Of a DNA stretch of 64,000 nt, positions 12,466 through 24,809 are shown piece after piece. This DNA is from Callorhinchus milii. Lineage: Eukaryota. The first letter of the stretch is position 1, and each line of letters begins with the position of its first letter. Both the position numbers and the translations under genes were made by a program. Below the pieces are notes generated by a model, which was given only the letters and a program-made list of their open reading frames with translations, was not told where the DNA came from and ran no database searches. Where the stretch lies: NCBI RefSeq assembly GCF_018977255.1, contig NW_024704742.1, positions 44,580,001-44,644,000 of the forward strand. Reading direction: 5' to 3'.

Positions 12466-12791
12466 ATAATAATAATAATAATAATAATCCTTGCATTTGA
12501 TATAGTGCTTTTCACATCGGGAGGATATCCCAAAGCACTTCACAGAACACACTGTAAAGTGAATTGACTGTATATTTGTGGGCGAACGCGGCAGCCAATT
12601 ACGCACAGCAATGTCCCACAAACAGTCGTAGATTGAAAATGACCAATTTATTATTGTTTTTGGTTTTAGAGGGATTATTATTAGGCGTGTGAAGCAAGGA
12701 AACTTGCCCAAGGTTTCGCCCTGCCTGGAATTGAACTCAGCTCTCTCACTTGCAAAGCGAGTGCTCTAACCACTGAGCTACAGGACTCCAC
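12466..12791 (-). mobile_element. Full family A SINE, short form, with L2-like tail loop
   Basis: Minus-strand tRNA head GTGGAGTCCTGTAGCTCAGTGGTTAGAGCACTCGCTTTGCAAG with A box and B-box-like GAGTTCAATTCC; (ATT)n tail. Confidence 0.92.
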
Positions 12792-13390
12792 AGATCACTG
12801 TCATTCATCACAATTGTCATTCACACTTTGGCAACAATAGCATATCAGAATTCATTAGATTCCACCACATCTTTGATCATTGCCAGCCATTAAAAGGAAG
12901 CATGAGAACCATTCAAACCATGCCTAGATGAAACAAAACAATTAAACGTACAGTAAACAGTGAACCTATACATCATTCCACTGATGTCCAAAGAACTGCA
13001 GGTGTCTGTCGAGCAGAGTCATGGAAATGGATTTTAAATTGGACCTGGCAAATTTCATGCTATCATGAGTCCTCTCTGAGGATTCTAGTATGTGAATACA
13101 CCTGGCTACAGCACAGACATGCTCCGCGGTAATATAGGATTGTAGCAAAGAGTCATCAGTCATGTGTTGCCCAAATGACCTAGAAACCATCCCACTAGAA
13201 TTCATATTGTTTCATACGTATAAGGGATGGAAAATGCCCAGAGGTTAAAAGCAACAAGGGTTCCCCTCAAGATACCTGCCATTCACATGCATTATGCACC
13301 ATTAATGGTCCCATAAAATATAGATGTTCAGTGATTCCTTACAATATGATAAGGCATTGCTGGAGGGAGTCCTGAGGCAACATGTGTGTT

Positions 13391-13831
13391 TGAATTCAAG
13401 ATCCTCATCCTCACCTATAAGGCCATTCACGGCCTTGCTCCCTCCTACCTCTCTGACCTACTGTCCCCCTACCTACCTGCCCCATACCCTCCGTTCCTCT
13501 GGCTCCGGTCTGCTCCACATCCCCCGCCCCAACTACCCTACCATCGGTGGCCGGGCCTTCAGCCTCTCAGCCCCCAGGCTCTGGAACTCTATCCCCCAGT
13601 GCCTTCGCCTTGCCTCCTCCCTTTCCTCCTTCAAGGCCGGTCTCAAGACCTTTCTCTTTGATTGTGCCTTCAGCTCCCCTCTCGACTCTCTACCCCCTCC
13701 TCATTCCCTCCCTTCCCTCCCCTCACCCTGACCATTTACCCCCTGCTCGGGTCCTGACCCAACTGTACAGCGCCTTGGGACGTCCTCCCGACGTGAAAGG
13801 GGCTCTATAAATGGAATCTTGTTGTTGTTGT
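13391..13831 (+). mobile_element. Young L2 3' fragment
   Basis: Translates FKILILTYKAIHGLAPSYLSDLL then GGRAFSLSAPRLWNSIP...FKAGLKTFLF (L2 ORF2 C-terminus); (GTT)n tail; nearly identical to 48201-48692. Confidence 0.95.
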
Positions 13832-15284
13832 GGTCACTGACCCCTATACACAACATAATGAAAAATAAACTCCTGTCCAAATTTTGAGCCAGTCTGAATT
13901 CAAATCTATGTACTGTCAAGTCCAAAATGTTCAGTTCAGTCAGAAAGTCTTCAAAAAGTCACTTCTTGGTTTAAGAATACAGCACTGTGTTATACTAGTT
14001 CCGTCTCTCTCTCCTTCTAAAGTCTTGAGTGTGTATGTGTGTGCTCTTGCCCAATCGCATAATATACATTACATGCAATGTGGCTTTGATATTGACTCTG
14101 GAACATCAATCACTTCTTTAGTGCACTGTAGGCAGTAGACTGACAGTGTACTGACTGATTCACAAACTGCCCCACTAGAAAGAACCACAGGCATAAATGT
14201 CCAGGGCTATTGCAATCTTTGTAGCCAGAAGCAATATTGTGCTAAATGTACATTTTCCCTAGTTTTGGGTCTATACTAGTTCCAACAATTCTCTCACAGT
14301 CTCCCCCAGCCATCGTTAAACAGTACAGAGGTTGTTGCTCAATGGGATTTAAGCAATCTATCTGACTGCTAGAATGGTGCTACCTGGGATGTTATCTGCC
14401 TCTCACATTCAGCCTGGAGTACAAATGTTGCTGCCTTTCACGCTGTTTCTACCTATTTAAAATGTATCCCTGCACTATCTCATGATCAGAATTCAACAGA
14501 TTGTTCCCTTACCAACACTGGTTCAAAGTAATTGCTACCAGTGAACAAATTTCCAAAGCAATCCAATACACTTCAATACGTACCAGGGCCAGAGAGAATC
14601 ACAACTTATGTGGAATTTTGCATGTGAGGATCAATTATCCTCTGCACATAAACTAGAATGATTTTAAAATGCAATTTACATAGCTTTGGTGCAAAGTGTT
14701 TCATCAAGGTGAAAACACAAGATAGAGTATCAGGATTTCATTAGCTTTTTGAATCCTACTGCTAAGAACATGCTGCGCATGACACAAATACTAATGATCA
14801 AAGGAAATGAGTACTGAATAGCACATCAAATATGTAGTACTTCAACAATTACAGCTCATACTGAGGAAGAATACATGTTCTGTCTCATTCGTCATGTTCA
14901 GTGAATGTTTTAAGACCCTTCTCATTCAAATGAAAGTAAACTATTGCACACATAGGGATACAATTTGTGCATTGCTTAATTATTCCTTAAAATAACATGG
15001 TGTGAAATTAAGGGAACAACAAATTAGATATTGGCAATCTATTATGAATTAATACACAATACACTCACAATCCAAAGAACAATCATTTATTGCAGAGTAG
15101 TTTATTGCAGCTTTATATTATTTACAGATTTACATTGAAAGAGTGGTTAGACGGAGTTCAACAGGATGTAATAGTGTAGGCTTGATTATTCCAATGCCCT
15201 GCTTACTGGACTTGCCAGTTTGCCCCACTGTAACTCTGCGATCTCCTACAACACAGATCACTCAGTTAATGGCCTACTTCATGG

Positions 15285-15535
15285 TCGCCATCTGATCCAG
15301 CTCACCAGTGGTGGATGAGCTTTCAGCCATTCTGCCCCTGACTCTGGAACTTCATCCAAGTCCCTCTGCCCCTCAACCCCTCCTTCCTCAAATTCAAAGC
15401 ACCCCTTGACCTGTATATATGATCACACTCTCAGTTATCATTTCCCCCAACCTCCAGCTCAGATATCCAGTCAGCTGTAGAAAGGGCTTTGAGATGTGTA
15501 AAGACACTATATATAAATATAAACTATTGTTGATG
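15285..15535 (+). mobile_element. Decayed L2 3' fragment
   Basis: ggtggatgagctttcagccattctgcccctgactctggaact...gctttgagatgtgtaaagacactatatataaatataaactattgttgatgt. Confidence 0.7.
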
Positions 15536-15539
15536 TAAT

Positions 15540-16127
15540 AGATGTTGGCCAATTGGAATGTAAACTTGAGGAAGTGATTGTTCATTTGTACAGATCTCTG
15601 GTCAGTCCTAATCTAGAGTATTGTGATCAATTTTTGAAACCTTAGGGAAAACCTACTGGCATAGAGGGCATGCAGTGCAAATTCAGAAGGTTAAGGTGTA
15701 CTCTGATTGAGCTGTTAAAATCATAATGAAATTTGATAAAGAGATAGAGAACCATTTTCCTCTGGTGGAGGAATCCAGTACACAAGGGCAGCTAAGAATA
15801 AAATCAGAGAAAAAAATTAAAATCCACACAAGGGGCTGTGGAAATTTGGAACTCACGGCACCAAAGTGTTGTGGTCGGTGTCAACTGAAATATCCAAGAG
15901 GGAGGTAGATGAATATGGTAGTCAGACTTATTAAGTGTTTGGTGAAAGGACAGGGAAATGTGATAAAGTGAAGATCAATAATGAGCTAATAAAATGGAGG
16001 GACACGCTTTACAGGCTGAATGGTCTACAACAACAACAACTTGCATGTATATAGCGACCTTCATGTGGAGTAGTGTCTCAAGAATGCCTAGTCTAAAATG
16101 GTCGACTTATTTTCCTATGTTCTTATA
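15540..16127 (+). mobile_element. Decayed CR1 3' region with short L2 tail insert (about 16028-16085)
   Basis: ttgtacagatctctggtcagtcctaatctagagtattgtg reads LYRSLVSPNLEYC (CR1 motif LYxxLVRPHLEYC); tail ttcctatgttcttat. Confidence 0.8.
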
Positions 16128-18519
16128 TACATGTTGAATTCATTATGGGGATTTTTCTGCTGTCCTTGCTAAACATAGCATTTTTGCTGATAGACACCTA
16201 CAAATAACTGCAATGAAATTTAATTTCCCAGTTAAATCCAACCATAAATATAACACTTTGTTACAATTATTTATGAGGGCATAGGTGACAGATGATCTAA
16301 GTTATTCGCTCCTTCCCCCTCCACCCCCCCAAAAATGAAAACAATGTTTTTACAATAGCTTAAAAATAAAAGGCAATTTATTTTATTAGTATTAAAGATT
16401 AAGTAGTGGTGGTAAGTTTCTCTTTTGGTGTGGCAACATGTCTTATGTTGGAGTTGTTTCAATCCCTGTTTCACCCTTGTGAAAAATATTTGTGTTGTGA
16501 CAGGAGGAAGTTAGAATTAATGTATTATGAGTTTCTCAAGAGCAAACAGAGGGATTTTATTTTGTCTCTTTCATATTACTTCTCTGCACTGTTGCAGTAT
16601 TTGAATTTGGAAACACAGTTCCATTTGTCACTGGCTCTGTGCATACTGAATCCTTGAGTGTTTATTCATGACTGCGAACAAGTAAACAAAGGAGGGATCT
16701 CTGGAGAAGGTAAAGTGTACAGGCTGAGCTGAACATTTATATCTTCGAATAACTGTGGCTTCCCAAGGTTACCTCCATAAGCAGTAGGAACTCAGTGATG
16801 ATAGACTGCACTGAATCATTGGTAACCATAAGAAAGCGAACCATCAGACCTAAGTATCAGTATGTTCCTGTCAAACAGTAGTTCAGTTACCCAGGGAATG
16901 AATAGTGAATTATAACCTATTAATTCTGCAAGATTTAAAGTGAATTTTTATTTAAAATATACTGTCTATTGGACAGATGCCAGCAAGGGAACATCTGTAG
17001 AAATAGTACCCTGAGGCTACTAAGATAGAGAGATATCAGTTTAGATTAGAGGCAGAATTTGCATTGCTGTGCATATGAGCTTGTACTCTCATGAAACCAG
17101 CCCCTGTAGGGATAATTTTTCATACTGGCGAGTAATCAGTGCACAATTTGGCAGAATTTATACTTTTAGGTTTTTGGAGGAGCACTTAATAAATGCCAAC
17201 TTTACTTTGGCACAAATTTGTCATAGAAATTGGATTTAAGATGCCAGAAAACCCAGTCAGAGATCCTGAATTTTATATGGTCTGGTCCCCTTAATGGGTC
17301 ACCTATTTAGGCATAAAGAATTGTAAATGAACAGTTATAGCAAATTAATAAAATGCCATTAGCTAATAGCAGCATGGTAGATTAAGAATGTTGGAATATG
17401 CTGCCTTTTTCTCTGTGGGGCAGCAATAATACATTAAAAATTTAGTATTCTGTAAAGACTGAAGTACTTATTAGCTAGGTTGTCACTGAAGATTGCTCAT
17501 TATATTATTTATTTTGTATTTCATATAGACAAGGACGATCTGTACATTATAAGGAATACAGAAGTAACATGTCAGGAGGAACTTGCAATCTCACTTTCCT
17601 ATTTATGTAATCTTTCTCTTTTCCCTAAACATCCTCTGCGCTGATGGACTGCTGGGTGAAAAATACCAGGGAAGATTTTCAACAATTTCGAACAGAAGAA
17701 CTCTTGCAAAAATGTGCTTGGATTTAAGATTCTAGCTTCTGCCTTGCATAAATCAGCAAATTCCCTTTGATAAAAATAGCTGAAGAGACTGTGGTGTTGA
17801 CAGTTTGGGGACAATCTTGGGATATCATCTCTTTTGAATAACTCCTGAGCTTTTACAAAAAATGAGAGCTGTTTCGAATTATCCTTGATTGCAATTTTAT
17901 GGATACTTACTTTAATGACCATTGATCAAATGATTCCTCGGGCAAATTTCCCATTTACCCCCACCCCCGCCCTCCCAAAATACAGATTAAGATCTTTGCA
18001 GATGCATTTATGATCAATGTTCTTCTTGGGTATTAACTTTGCAAGAGAGAGAGACAGAAAGCGAGCAAGAGTAGGAGAGGTAGGTAAAAATTCTGGAGGA
18101 ATGCATGGATTTTAATAGATGCAGAATTACATGGATACAATTGGTACATGTTGCACTTTATATTGTCAATGCTAGAACAATATAAATCAAAACTTTGGGT
18201 TTCAAATTCATAAAACAAAAAAATCGATTTGATGAACTTTCAGAGCCTGATTGGTGCTATTCCTGAGTGCTGAGTGTTCGAATTGCAATTCCACTGCTGG
18301 TCATAAAAACATAGCAACCAATGAACATTTCCCTTTGATCATGAGAATTGCTCACTATTGAAGTAGCTTAGCAGTCCACTTTAAGATAATACTGTAAATG
18401 GGAACAACTTTGCACCCGAATCCAATTGTGGAGTGGAAGCAATTGTGGAGACAATGGAAGTCTGTTGAAATAGTTGAGTAGGAAACAAACCCCCAAGGGA
18501 CAAGCTTCATACTAACTTC

Positions 18520-18910
18520 AACATAGAAACATAAATACTTGCTACTTGCATTATTATATAATCTATTTATTAATCTAATTTCCCAGCTCTTTCCACATGT
18601 CTTAAGATTTTATTGTTCAGTTGTTTATCCAATAAGGATTCTATTGATCCAGCCCCCATAGCCACTTGTAGTAATGAGATCCAATCTGAGTAGAGAAATT
18701 CCATCTAACCTCACAACTGAATTTTCTTTCAATAACCTTGAGACTGTTCCACCTTTATATTGATGTCCCAACAAAAGGAAATAGTTTTTAATGGTTTACC
18801 TTATCATAGCTTTTCAGAACATTAGAGGCCTCTATCATATCCCCTTCAATCTCTGTTTTTACAGTGAAAAAAACTTCAATTTAGAAAGTTTCTTTTCATA
18901 CGTTAAGCAG
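18520..18910 (-). mobile_element. Decayed CR1 3' end
   Basis: The minus strand reads YEKKLSKLKFFSL*KQRLKGI*IEA, similar to CR1 YEERLxxLxLFSLExRRLRGDLIE; tail tatgtttctatgt. Confidence 0.75.
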
Positions 18911-19529
18911 GAAGCTCAGTATAATCAATATCTCTTTCCAATGACAGCTTCACATTTGCAGAAAACATTTGTAAAAGAGATATTTTAAGTGAGTTTCCTT
19001 CCGTTGGAAGCCAACATTAATACTGAGGTATTATTCATCATGTTTGTATGTTTGCCAATTTTTCTGCAAACATTTTCAAAACCATTTGTCTTGTGTTCTG
19101 ATTTTCCCTTGTTGGTTGACATTTCAGTGGCAATGAGTGCTGAAGTCCTGAAGCTGATTATGAAGATATGTGCAAGAATGTATTTCCAGCAACAATAACT
19201 GTGGATATGTCAAAGTAATTATTGGTGCAACCTTTAGGTTTGCCTCAACAGTAGAAACTTATTGATATTACATCTCAGATGCAGGGCATTCCTTGCATCA
19301 TATTTGTATTGTTCTACCTATCCAGAACAGCTACTTTCTCTAATCACATATCTCTGTACTTCTCAGTATCCTTTTAACCCTAACTCTAATGCTGATCTGG
19401 AGTCATAGATTAATTGCCATTTTACGTACTGACTATCCTCCCAATAATACCAATTTAAAATTTGAACCTGATTAATAACTAGCTAATTTTGTAATGCCAC
19501 CACACATAAGAGCTAGCAGCATTTCTATT

Positions 19530-19645
19530 GTTAAAGGTGGTGTCCTTCGGATGAGCCTACAAACCAAGGACCCAAGTGCCTGTTCAGGAGGACGTTAATA
19601 ATCTCTTATTTTAAAGAGAAGGGAGTTTCTCCCAGTGTCTGATTG
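19530..19645 (+). mobile_element. Deu-domain SINE core fragment
   Basis: ggtggtgtccttcggatgagcctacaaaccaaggacccaagtgcctgttcaggaggacgttaataatc...gagaagggagtttctcccagtgtc. Confidence 0.7.
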
Positions 19646-21100
19646 ATTGCAATAAAGCACAAAGGAAGAATTGTCTTAAAATCCACCATTTTATTTCAGA
19701 AAAGTGACTTTCAAATAACTTTCATCGTCTTTGTGTATTCGCTGTTACATAATACGGGTGTTTCTTTTAAGCAAATTAGCTCCACCTTGATGCCATCTTG
19801 TTCCAAGCCCAGCAGAACTGATCTGTTGCCAGCTCCTAGTTCTAGTATGTGGGGAGCATCTACATAATGATAGACGTACAGACAACTAATATTATGCAAT
19901 TAAGATACAATAACTGGAGGAATGACTAAATAGAGTGTTGTGGGTCCTCCTCACACAATCATCACCAAGTTTTTCCTGAGTGAATAAATCCTAGGTCAGA
20001 AATGTAGCAAATTCTTCAATCAACAGATATAAGCACATATCTCCAGAAATCCAGCGATGAGCTGTATGAACTAAACATGCACAGTAAAGATGCTTTGCTG
20101 TCAAACTTTTGTATTAAACTCCATATTCCATACCACATAAAATACCATCCTGTGAAATAATAGGAGGACGTCTCAAAGCACTTAACATGATTTCTGTAAA
20201 GTGTAATGATTGTGTATTTTATAAGTGAATTCCATCCAATTCCAAACCATATAATAATAACAATAATAATAATAATGATAATAATAATAATCCTTGCATT
20301 TGGAATATTGCCTTAATTAAGCACTCTGAGATGCTATCCTGCATGGAGGGCGCTATATAAGTGCAAGTTGTTGTGCTTGCCTTGCACATCAGGTTGGTAT
20401 GATATATCTAATGGAATTATACTTTGAAACTAATTATGAATATATATCATCTCTCTCAGCCAACATGTTAATAATAGAGCATTCTTAGATGCAGGACAGA
20501 TACATTTTGGTTTCACTAACACAGTTGCCCTTGTTGTGGAAAACAAAGAGTTTCTTCTTAAATGAACTGAAGAACTCTTGTAAATGTAGAATAAAATGTA
20601 GAATATTCTGTATTCAAAATATTGATGGTTAAATTGCTATTTAATGAGAACTGGTCTGGAATCTAGTCATTATGAACATCCCTCTCATTTTGTGGAGGAA
20701 ATGCTTTAATTTGTATCTCTTTTGGGCTCACCATGAGTCTCAGTTCACTAGATAAACTATTATGATCAGTCAGTGTAAAGAGCCATTGTGTTCTCAACTC
20801 ATGCATTGAGCACATTGATGGTAAATGAAAGCTCATGTTCATTGTACTAAATGGGAACACAGTGGCACTTCACACTGACTGATCCCAATACTCTCGGTAC
20901 AGACGGACACCATTTATGTGCATGAGATGATACAAAATAATGTCTGATAAATAATTTTACTTTAGTCCTTGTTGAAGTGTTGTACTCTGTTTGAAGCAAG
21001 ATAACTAAAAATTCACAATTTTGACATGCTTCTGAGCTTCAACCAATGTGAATGACAGATTTTGGGGTGGGACATAATGTCCCCAACAGAAACTTTGCTG

Positions 21101-21307
21101 CTTCCCGCAGTCTCTTAGCCTCGAACCCTCCCTTGCCTCCTTGAAGACCCAACTCAAGATCCTCCTCTTCGACCGTGCCTTTGATCACCCTCCATCCTCC
21201 GCTGCCCTCCACCTCCCCGAGCCTGACCTTCAGCTCGGGGCCGATACACTGATTGAGAGGTCCTCCTGATGTGAAAGGTGCTATACAAATGTAATTTTGT
21301 TGTTGTT
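21101..21307 (+). mobile_element. L2 3' fragment
   Basis: ccttgcctccttgaagacccaactcaagatcctcctcttcgaccgtgcc...gtgaaaggtgctatacaaatgtaattttgttgttgtt. Confidence 0.88.
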
Positions 21308-22204
21308 CCCATCACAGAGGCTTCAAAATAAATAAGCAGATTAACTGACAGGATAATGCTATAATTCCTACCAAGGAGCAGAGTATTTGACTGATCTGTT
21401 CTATGTGATGTCATGAAAGAGCTAAAAAGGCAGTTTGTATCATATGGGTGAATATTAATTAAAATGACCATTTATCAAAGTGACTTTAAAAATAGCAACA
21501 AATTATACTACATGGGGATAGATTTATGATTGAATGAAATTGATTGAAAATACTGCCACTTGGCATTGAGATACTAGAGGTGATGCTAAGATTAGACTAA
21601 TTGAATGTTGTATGTATTGAGCTTCTTTATGAGGCACCGTCACTTGAGGGCATTTTTCCTGAATTAAAGGGTATTCAATGACTGATCTGCACCTTTTTGA
21701 AGGATATAGTTTGAAGGTGATTCTAAAACATGATCTGAATTGGTTGTCAGGGAAATAAATATTAGCAATAATGAAGTTAAACAGAAGTAGTTATTAGTGA
21801 GGTATGGTAGATCCTTGAGAAATTGAAAAGGATAAGGAAGATTTCTTTTGCTGTTCTCTGTAAATTGATTTTGCACAAATAAAACAGGATAAAATTTTGT
21901 CAGGACCACAATTTAATCTAGCATCAACTCCTCAGGCAGTGTATGATCGAACAATAAGATGGATAATACTTGCAAGAGAGAGAGAGCTGACTTGCAATAA
22001 TAAGGTCCAATTTGAAGTCCTTCTTATTAGTTCCACTGTATGAATGAGATCTGTAATTGGAATCTATATTGAGGAGTCCCATTAATGGGTGGTAACTCTG
22101 TCCTGGAAACAAGTTGGTTTGCAACAGAGTTCCTATCTGTCTATGGGATGTATTCCCATCTTCTGGAAGGATTCACAACTTGTGTTACTCAGGTTGCTTA
22201 TTAA

Positions 22205-22375
22205 CTTTGGATTTGTTAGTTCTGCAAGCCAAAGCCCTGATGTGTAGGATGATCCTAGCTGGATCAAGCACTTGAAAAGTTTACCAGTGCTCTGTAATGG
22301 TAAGTTACTTGGTTTTAGCTGGTTAATATCCAGCTGTACCCCAGTTCACACTTTGGGGTACCCAAGGACTAAGTG
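22205..22375 (-). repeat. Fragment of family X repeat, inverted
   Basis: gcaagccaaagccctgatgtgtaggatgatcctagctggatcaagcacttgaaaagtttaccag is the reverse complement of 41500-41580. Confidence 0.7.
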
Positions 22376-22384
22376 AGCAGGAAA

Positions 22385-22720
22385 AAGAGGTCCCATCTAT
22401 CAGTTCAAGTGGATGTTAAAGATCCCATGGCACTATTCTAAAAGAGAAGGAAGTTACTTCCAGTGTCACTGCCAGCAATCATTCAAATAAGGTTATGCAT
22501 TCACATGACTGTGGCGAGGCATTGCCATGCGAAAATTGACTGCTGCATTTGCCTAAAAAATACACAGTCACTATATATGCAGTGACTGTATATTTTCAAG
22601 GCACATCATCTTCACATGATATACTGTATACATACGCACTATATATACAGTATCTCACATGAAGCGCTTTGAGACCGCCTTTGGATTTGAAAGGCACTAT
22701 ATCAATTACGAGAATTATTA
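22385..22720 (+). mobile_element. Deu-domain SINE 3' half carrying two local hairpins
   Basis: gtggatgttaaagatcccatggcactattc...aagcgctttgagaccgcc...gaaaggcactatatcaattacgagaattatta. Confidence 0.8.
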
Positions 22721-22959
22721 CAATTGCAGATCAGATCATTTCTCACTCTCATGGGATTAAGTTACTATTAAACGAGCATGAAATTCAAAGCATTCAGAAG
22801 CAGAATATTCTATACTGTCTCTATTGTGTGAATATTAGAAAAATATAGATCTACTGCAAGACACCCTGGAGGTCATATTTTGTTATAAATATTCATAAAC
22901 TGAGCATAAAAATAAACAAATATGATCTGAGACCAAGTGTCTGTTTAACAAGTATTGCT

Positions 22960-23205
22960 GGAATATTGATATAGTGTAAACACAGTGGTTGAAATGATGC
23001 ATTAAACCACATGCAGGTACAATTTGAGCTGCTGCAACAGGAGCTTAATGGAAAAAACATTGATGCATTGAACTCACAATTTCATGATTAAGTGAAAGGA
23101 TATGGGAGATAGAGTATTGTAGAACTATTTAGTTATTTTTCATTTGGGATAGGCGAGATGAACCACAAAGGTCTTTTCTAATCCTTTACATTCCTACTTT
23201 CCCAT
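22960..23205 (+). mobile_element. Decayed CR1 3' end
   Basis: gtgaaaggatatgggagatag...aaaggtcttttctaatcctttacattcctactttccc; the same 3' UTR as the reverse of 24810-24930. Confidence 0.55.
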
Positions 23206-23429
23206 ATACTAGCCAGAGTCAAAACTGGTCACAAAGGAATTCTGTATGAAGTGCACACAGAATTGATATTTGCAATCTATGACTAAAAGAACAGATAAAG
23301 AATTTTAAGCATCTTAAAAATGAATCATTTTATTAAAAAATATCAAATCCTTATATTTAAGATACCTCTCTCCTCTCCTAGTTTTCTCTACTCCTAGTTA
23401 AGAAGGCAAAAACTCATGCTAAGGTATGA

Positions 23430-23650
23430 TTCCTTGTCACATCAGTGAGACCTCTCAAAGCATTTCACAGGAGATACTGCAAAGTGTAATGACTATATAT
23501 TTTATAGGCAAATGCAACAGACAATTTGTGCGCAGCAATGTCCCACAAATAGGCATGAAGTGAATGATCAATTTTATCTGGAGAATTCTTGACCAGGATA
23601 CTGGGAGAAACTTCCTTCTCTTTAAGAATTATTAGAGTTATAATAACAAC
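23430..23650 (-). mobile_element. Deu-domain SINE 3' half
   Basis: ctcaaagcatttcacagg...caatttgtgcgcagcaatgtcccacaaataggcatgaagtgaatga...gaccaggatactgggagaaacttcc. Confidence 0.75.
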
Positions 23651-24809
23651 CCGCTGAGCCTAGTTAACACCAGGATAACAACTATAGCCTTGCTAGTCTG
23701 GTTCACAGTGAAATATTTCCACTTTGATTTTTAGGCAAGCCAGCACTATGGGTATAAACAAAGGATAGTTACAGATGTATAAAAGCAACAAAGGGATTGA
23801 AAATTGCTCCTCAGGAAAGTGGCAGGATTATTGGCACCTTGCCACCGGAAAAAGATCCTCCCAATGTAAACTGTGTCTCCAACATCTGCTTGTGCTTCAT
23901 GCTGACTTGAGAGTCTTTAGTTTTGACATGGGATTCCCTGCTGGAGATACACTTGATGTTTTCAGTTGCTTTTTTCTGGTGACTAGGCAGCAGTAGACCG
24001 TTTTCAATCCCATTGATTTTCCAGGTGTTATTATGCACTGTTTGGCAAATTAAATCATTTTTATTTGGTTGTAAATGTATTCTCTATTTTATTTTGGTAA
24101 CAATCACTATTATCTATTGGAAACCATGCTGGTCTATGCCAGAGATATTCACTGTCAGAATTGGTCAATAACTAGAGATGTGCTTTTACCCTCCCTTTGA
24201 GATGCAGCTGTATGCCACCACATGCTCCTCTAAGTCCTCTCCAGAGGATGTTAAGGCTTCAGGTGTTAACTGAGATTAGGATTTAAATTCTGACTCTCTT
24301 GCAAAAGGAGTACATTGTTCTACTGCTATTGTTCTTTGCTCTCCACCTGTGCATTACTCTACTGAATGTTTTCTTAAATTGCCTTTGTAAGTAAATGGCT
24401 TGTGCACACCTGCCCATCTGAATTAACCATGCTGATATATAAATATTGCAGTACTTCATGCAGAAAAAGCAATTTATTTACATAATTACATGCTCAATGT
24501 TCCGAACATATAGTCACTAATGTTCTGAAAACGAAACACATGGGTCCAAGGACTCTAGAGATTTCAACATTGCATGAAGCAATATTTTACCAGGTTCTCC
24601 TTTTTATCCAGCCCTCAAATTGAATTAAAGAGCCACTATTGCCTTCATTAGAATCCCCAGGTAGCCTCATTCACTGGCAAAGCCAGAAATAGCCTGATCT
24701 GTATTATCTACCAATAGGAAAAGATGGGGCATTTATGGTCACATAAGCATTTTTGCAAAGTAATTTTTTGAATCCTAATTCCTGAGTTTTAATCATTCTC
24801 TTTAGAATA

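Noticed and set aside
17599..17922. 107-aa minus-strand ORF in unique sequence
   Set aside because: It has no recognisable domain and no convincing splice signals; the length is compatible with chance in 64 kb.
23775..23900. Minus frame VGDTVYIGRIFFRWQG resembling an LTR integrase GPY/F module (similar hint at 21924-22124)
   Set aside because: Short isolated resemblance with wrong spacing; no integrase core or LTRs nearby.
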